From contig CAZCXV010000005.1 in assembly GCA_964502815.1 (NCBI GenBank), forward strand, positions 2,706 through 66,705: 64,000 bases of DNA, read 5' to 3'. Position 1 is the stretch's first letter, and the number at the start of each line of letters is the position of its first letter. The DNA comes from an uncultured Gammaproteobacteria bacterium (lineage in GTDB: Bacteria > Patescibacteriota > Microgenomatia > UBA8517). Positions 62,001 through 64,000 of this stretch are shown here, piece by piece. The translations under genes and the position numbers were made by a program. Under the pieces are notes generated by a model. The model made no database searches. It was not told the DNA's origin and saw only the letters and a list, made by a program, of their open reading frames with translations.

Positions 62001-63051
62001 TTCCAATTCTACTCTCGGAAGCGCCCCAACTAATAATAGGATTGATGTGACTCTTATTGAATTGGGAGCAGATTTGGCAGAGAATTACTTTACTTCTGAT
62101 GAATCAATAGTTCCAGGTGACATCGTTTCCTTGGATCCAAGGTCGCCTTCCTGGGTGAAAAAATCAAATAAGGCCTATGATTCCAACGCCGTTGGAATCG
62201 TATCGACAGTGCCAGCTTTGACTCTTTCAAATGCAGTTGGAATATCGGGCAAAAATGTAGTTCCTGTAGCCTTGGCAGGGAGAGTTCCAGTTAAGGTTTC
62301 TACTGAAAATGGTCGAGTGAAAGCTGGAGACTTTCTAACGACGTCTTCTATACCTGGTGTTGCCATGAAAGCGACCAAGTCGGGTCAAATTATCGGCCAA
62401 GCTCTTCAGGATTTTGGCTATCAAGACCAAGAAATTGGTTTACTTGTCGTTTTTGTCAAAACTGGATATACAAATGGATCGAGATCTTTGAGTACGCTTC
62501 CAAGCGGGGAAAACAGCACGCAGGTCAATTATGAATTGTCAGAAATTGTCACAGACAGACTATTTGCGGATGAACAAATTTCTACAAACAGTTTGAAGAT
62601 CGGTGAAGGTTTAAACATTTCTTCTGGAGGGCTAGTAACTGGCGAAGTTTCTTTTGAAAATTTAGTTAGATTACTGGGAGAGGTAGAGTTTTTAGCAACT
62701 CCGTACTTTAATTCTGATACTGCGGGATTTGCGACTATTAGACAGGGTGCAAAAGCGGTTGAAGTAAAATTCGAAAAAGAGTATACAAATCTGCCCGTTG
62801 TTGTTGCGTCTGCCGACCGCCAGATTCTTTACTCTATAGTAAATGCAACTACCAGAGGGTTTGAAATTCAAATAGCTGACAGCGCCCAAGAAGATATAAA
62901 ATTCAACTGGATTGTCTTGGCTGTCAAAAATCCAAAGATATTTGTAAGTTTGAATGAAGCGGAAAACATTCCAGCGGCTTCACCAATTCCTTCGGTTGAT
63001 AGCGAAAAAAATGATGAGGCAACTAGCTCCGCGCAAGTACTAGTAAATTAA
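58786..63051 (+). CDS. Giant membrane-anchored fibre-like protein with N-terminal MerR/IS607-like HTH and C-terminal Peptidase_G2-like chaperone domain
   Basis: ISKAALILGVSIDTLRRWDKKG..RFY; one TM; T/S/G/D-rich fibre repeats; ADLAE...VALAGRVPVKV..ENG..GD.LT; TTG start uncertain (58786 or 58831). Confidence 0.85.
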   Translation: MVKNLPGSLEEENKKLVQISKAALILGVSIDTLRRWDKKGILKAVKSKGKRFYLLEELEKFGKEKTKSSTYANTYANEPEKTEKLDWQVFQWLSSAVESVKKAQVRLLSFNKIIRFSVLIPLVLFLVVIFLVSFLFLLKPRATTEFFNYKLKSQIVNEKGETAAVLAAQTSSEAISSQNIIANYLQGPANISVKILRTIGNEQATEIVLPSEELDQIRQRLGIVGEGDISPNGSLVLRDISQIKIGNEDLLTRLNTEFSKTPDQNTTIETRIGEIKSDSNRLSVNSLDGVSVFSLDLAGILADISADSVKSENIKDGEVKNSDLSQITDTNKVAGSAVQLSSTGGLINSSGLSLSISCSSNQILVWDGDSWECGTQTGGGGGSYLAGNDLDITGTTFDIEATLDSVSTVNFLGTGTINGLDLIDDTSESTIESSIDTLANLTSASSLVTVGTLTGGATGSGFTLNFGSSTLSGNITGTNISGIDISDDTNLSATSGISLTGDQLTATLGTTIANSEIDIDTINFDRLDSSLTLDEATTISSGSALGFSIGNNVTFAVTGTGQIIATDLSCSDCIGSTEISGLTWSEISSTPTTLSGYGITDGLSTSIIQTADGYFGDIYLKDDTSPSHYLQITNAQNLTAAHVLSISTSDADRTLTISANSTISGTNTGDQTITLTGDVTGSGTGSFAATIENDKILEVHLKAVDGATDEECLTYESTVGDFEWQSCGAGGSTTWDAIGDPTLGGAIAMAETTQTMDWNSNDVTALAVDGLTLTYTNDAATDILNQNLLTLANVNTSGSSTTEALLVIDNRDTNEAVTAGIRIISAAGGITKGVDFDDTDIVTDIEFQNDETMDNNTNGQLTFTGVGQTNNGTLTLDLETNSIPTLTSSTDTAIGIDEDLQFIGAQTISTSTGNLTIDSGANTILADATIQLSNAGFASCSTLATDSSGNLTCSGIGDTASFSDTTPAAIADNDTTELFNDATRPNITPNSTGSTILITVHDRFTGGGNTDTDAAVQIYRKVGGNPTCGTDTLVGDNFSAFLTNGTDINDATGTFLDSPATTSNVFYTVCSSSNSTLGSAPTNNRIDVTLIELGADLAENYFTSDESIVPGDIVSLDPRSPSWVKKSNKAYDSNAVGIVSTVPALTLSNAVGISGKNVVPVALAGRVPVKVSTENGRVKAGDFLTTSSIPGVAMKATKSGQIIGQALQDFGYQDQEIGLLVVFVKTGYTNGSRSLSTLPSGENSTQVNYELSEIVTDRLFADEQISTNSLKIGEGLNISSGGLVTGEVSFENLVRLLGEVEFLATPYFNSDTAGFATIRQGAKAVEVKFEKEYTNLPVVVASADRQILYSIVNATTRGFEIQIADSAQEDIKFNWIVLAVKNPKIFVSLNEAENIPAASPIPSVDSEKNDEATSSAQVLVN

Positions 63052-63075
63052 CTGGCTCTGTGCTATATATAGTTT

Positions 63076-63537
63076 ATGAGTGATGATGAAAAAGTTTCGG
63101 AAAATAAATCTCAGTCAGTCTTATTGATTGTTTTAATTGTTTTTCTAATATCGGTGAGTATAACGATAGGGGTAACTACCTATGTCATAAAGAAAAAGCC
63201 TGAAATACTAGGTCTCTCTAAGGGAACTCAAGCTATTCAAGCTGAAACCGAAAAACTTCTGGCCGAAGTGGGAAAATTGATTTCTCTTCCAAATGATGAA
63301 AAACCAACAATAGCTACAGTGTCGGATGTTGAAAAAGTGAAAAATCAGCCTTTCTTTAAGAATGCAAAAAATGGAGACAAAGTGATAATTTATACAAATG
63401 CAAAAAAAGCAATTCTTTATCGACCAAGTGAGAAAAAGATAGTGGAAGTCGGAGCGGTAAATATTAATCAACAAACAAAGGAAGATGAAACTCAAGTTGA
63501 ATCTTCGCCACCTTCTCCAGAAGAAAAACAAAATTAA
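63076..63537 (+). CDS. Single-pass membrane protein, unknown function
   Basis: TM followed by LP.DE.PTIATV.D..K...QPFF.NA.NGDKV..AILYRP. Confidence 0.8.
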   Translation: MSDDEKVSENKSQSVLLIVLIVFLISVSITIGVTTYVIKKKPEILGLSKGTQAIQAETEKLLAEVGKLISLPNDEKPTIATVSDVEKVKNQPFFKNAKNGDKVIIYTNAKKAILYRPSEKKIVEVGAVNINQQTKEDETQVESSPPSPEEKQN

Positions 63538-63645
63538 TTTCTTTTGTTTTAAAAACTTATCAAACACCTCATTGACAGTGATGATTGTGTTTGATATCTT
63601 GTGATTAACTTTAGTTAATACTTGAGCTTAAGACTACATCAGAAT

Positions 63646-63870
63646 ATGGATAAAGATATCAAACCCAAGAAAAGACTGAGGATTGACGATCTTCCAGACT
63701 TACTAACTGTCAGAGAAGTAGCGGAGTTTTTGCGTGTTTCTCCCTTAACCATCAAAAGATGGGGAAAAAGAGGAAAGCTTACTCCTATTAGAATTAATTC
63801 CAGGGGAGACAGAAGGTATAAAAAAGAAGCAGTTCTTTGGCTACTTGGCATGACTCCAAAAGAGGACTAA
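63646..63870 (+). CDS. Stand-alone excisionase/BldC-like HTH DNA-binding protein
   Basis: LLTVREVAEFLRVS..TIKRW...G.L...R...GDRRY. Confidence 0.88.
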   Translation: MDKDIKPKKRLRIDDLPDLLTVREVAEFLRVSPLTIKRWGKRGKLTPIRINSRGDRRYKKEAVLWLLGMTPKED

Positions 63871-63894
63871 CTTGCAGGGTCTCACCCTGCAGGT
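63870..63894. repeat. 25-bp palindromic REP-like element directly after a stop codon
   Basis: ACTTGCAGGGTCTCACCCTGCAGGT; compensatory G5-C21 and G8-C18 pairs. Confidence 0.75.
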
Positions 63895-63931
63895 ACTACT
63901 ATACAATTCCAAACTTTGATATATTGTAAAG

Positions 63932-64000
63932 GTGAGAAAAATAATATCTGTCTTTTTACTATTTATTTTTCTTTTTGGTATTCTTTCTCCCATTCTTCCT
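63932..64000 (+). CDS. 5' part of a secreted or membrane protein; partial
   Basis: GTG 6 nt after TGaTATATT; reads MRKIISVFLLFIFLFGILSPILP, signal-peptide-like. Confidence 0.55.
   Translation, partial: MRKIISVFLLFIFLFGILSPILP

Overview
AT-rich, gene-dense bacterial chromosomal segment using standard genetic code 11 (TGA is used as a stop). Gene content and protein style suggest a Patescibacteria/CPR genome, probably Microgenomates; this is inference, not a database result. Housekeeping genes: radA, rho, leuS, argS, ndk, gpmI, rsmI, tgt, mreB, uppS and a comEA/split comEC cluster. Three tRNAs: Ala-CGC, Pro-CGG, Arg-CCT. Accessory content: a sortase with two flanking substrates, two AAA_14/DUF4143 ATPases, two AbiE-type and one RelE/RHH toxin-antitoxin pair, a binding-protein/histidine-kinase/receiver cluster, and two giant fibre-like membrane proteins that each start with an IS607/Xis-like HTH. 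Most notable observations: (1) an F-type ATPase operon with no subunit a, whose only c-like gene lacks the ion-binding carboxylate and is fused to an exported domain homologous to the C-terminal chaperone-like domain of a giant fibre protein in the same window, suggesting a non-ion-pumping F1-like machine; (2) an HTH-LAGLIDADG-like ORF inserted at tRNA-Arg position 37/38, with a rebuilt tRNA downstream and two orphan 5' halves upstream; (3) a 25-bp covarying palindrome that is translated in frame inside essential proteins; (4) widespread leaderless promoter architecture; (5) a structured non-coding RNA candidate after radA. All family assignments come from motif recognition by eye; no searches were run.
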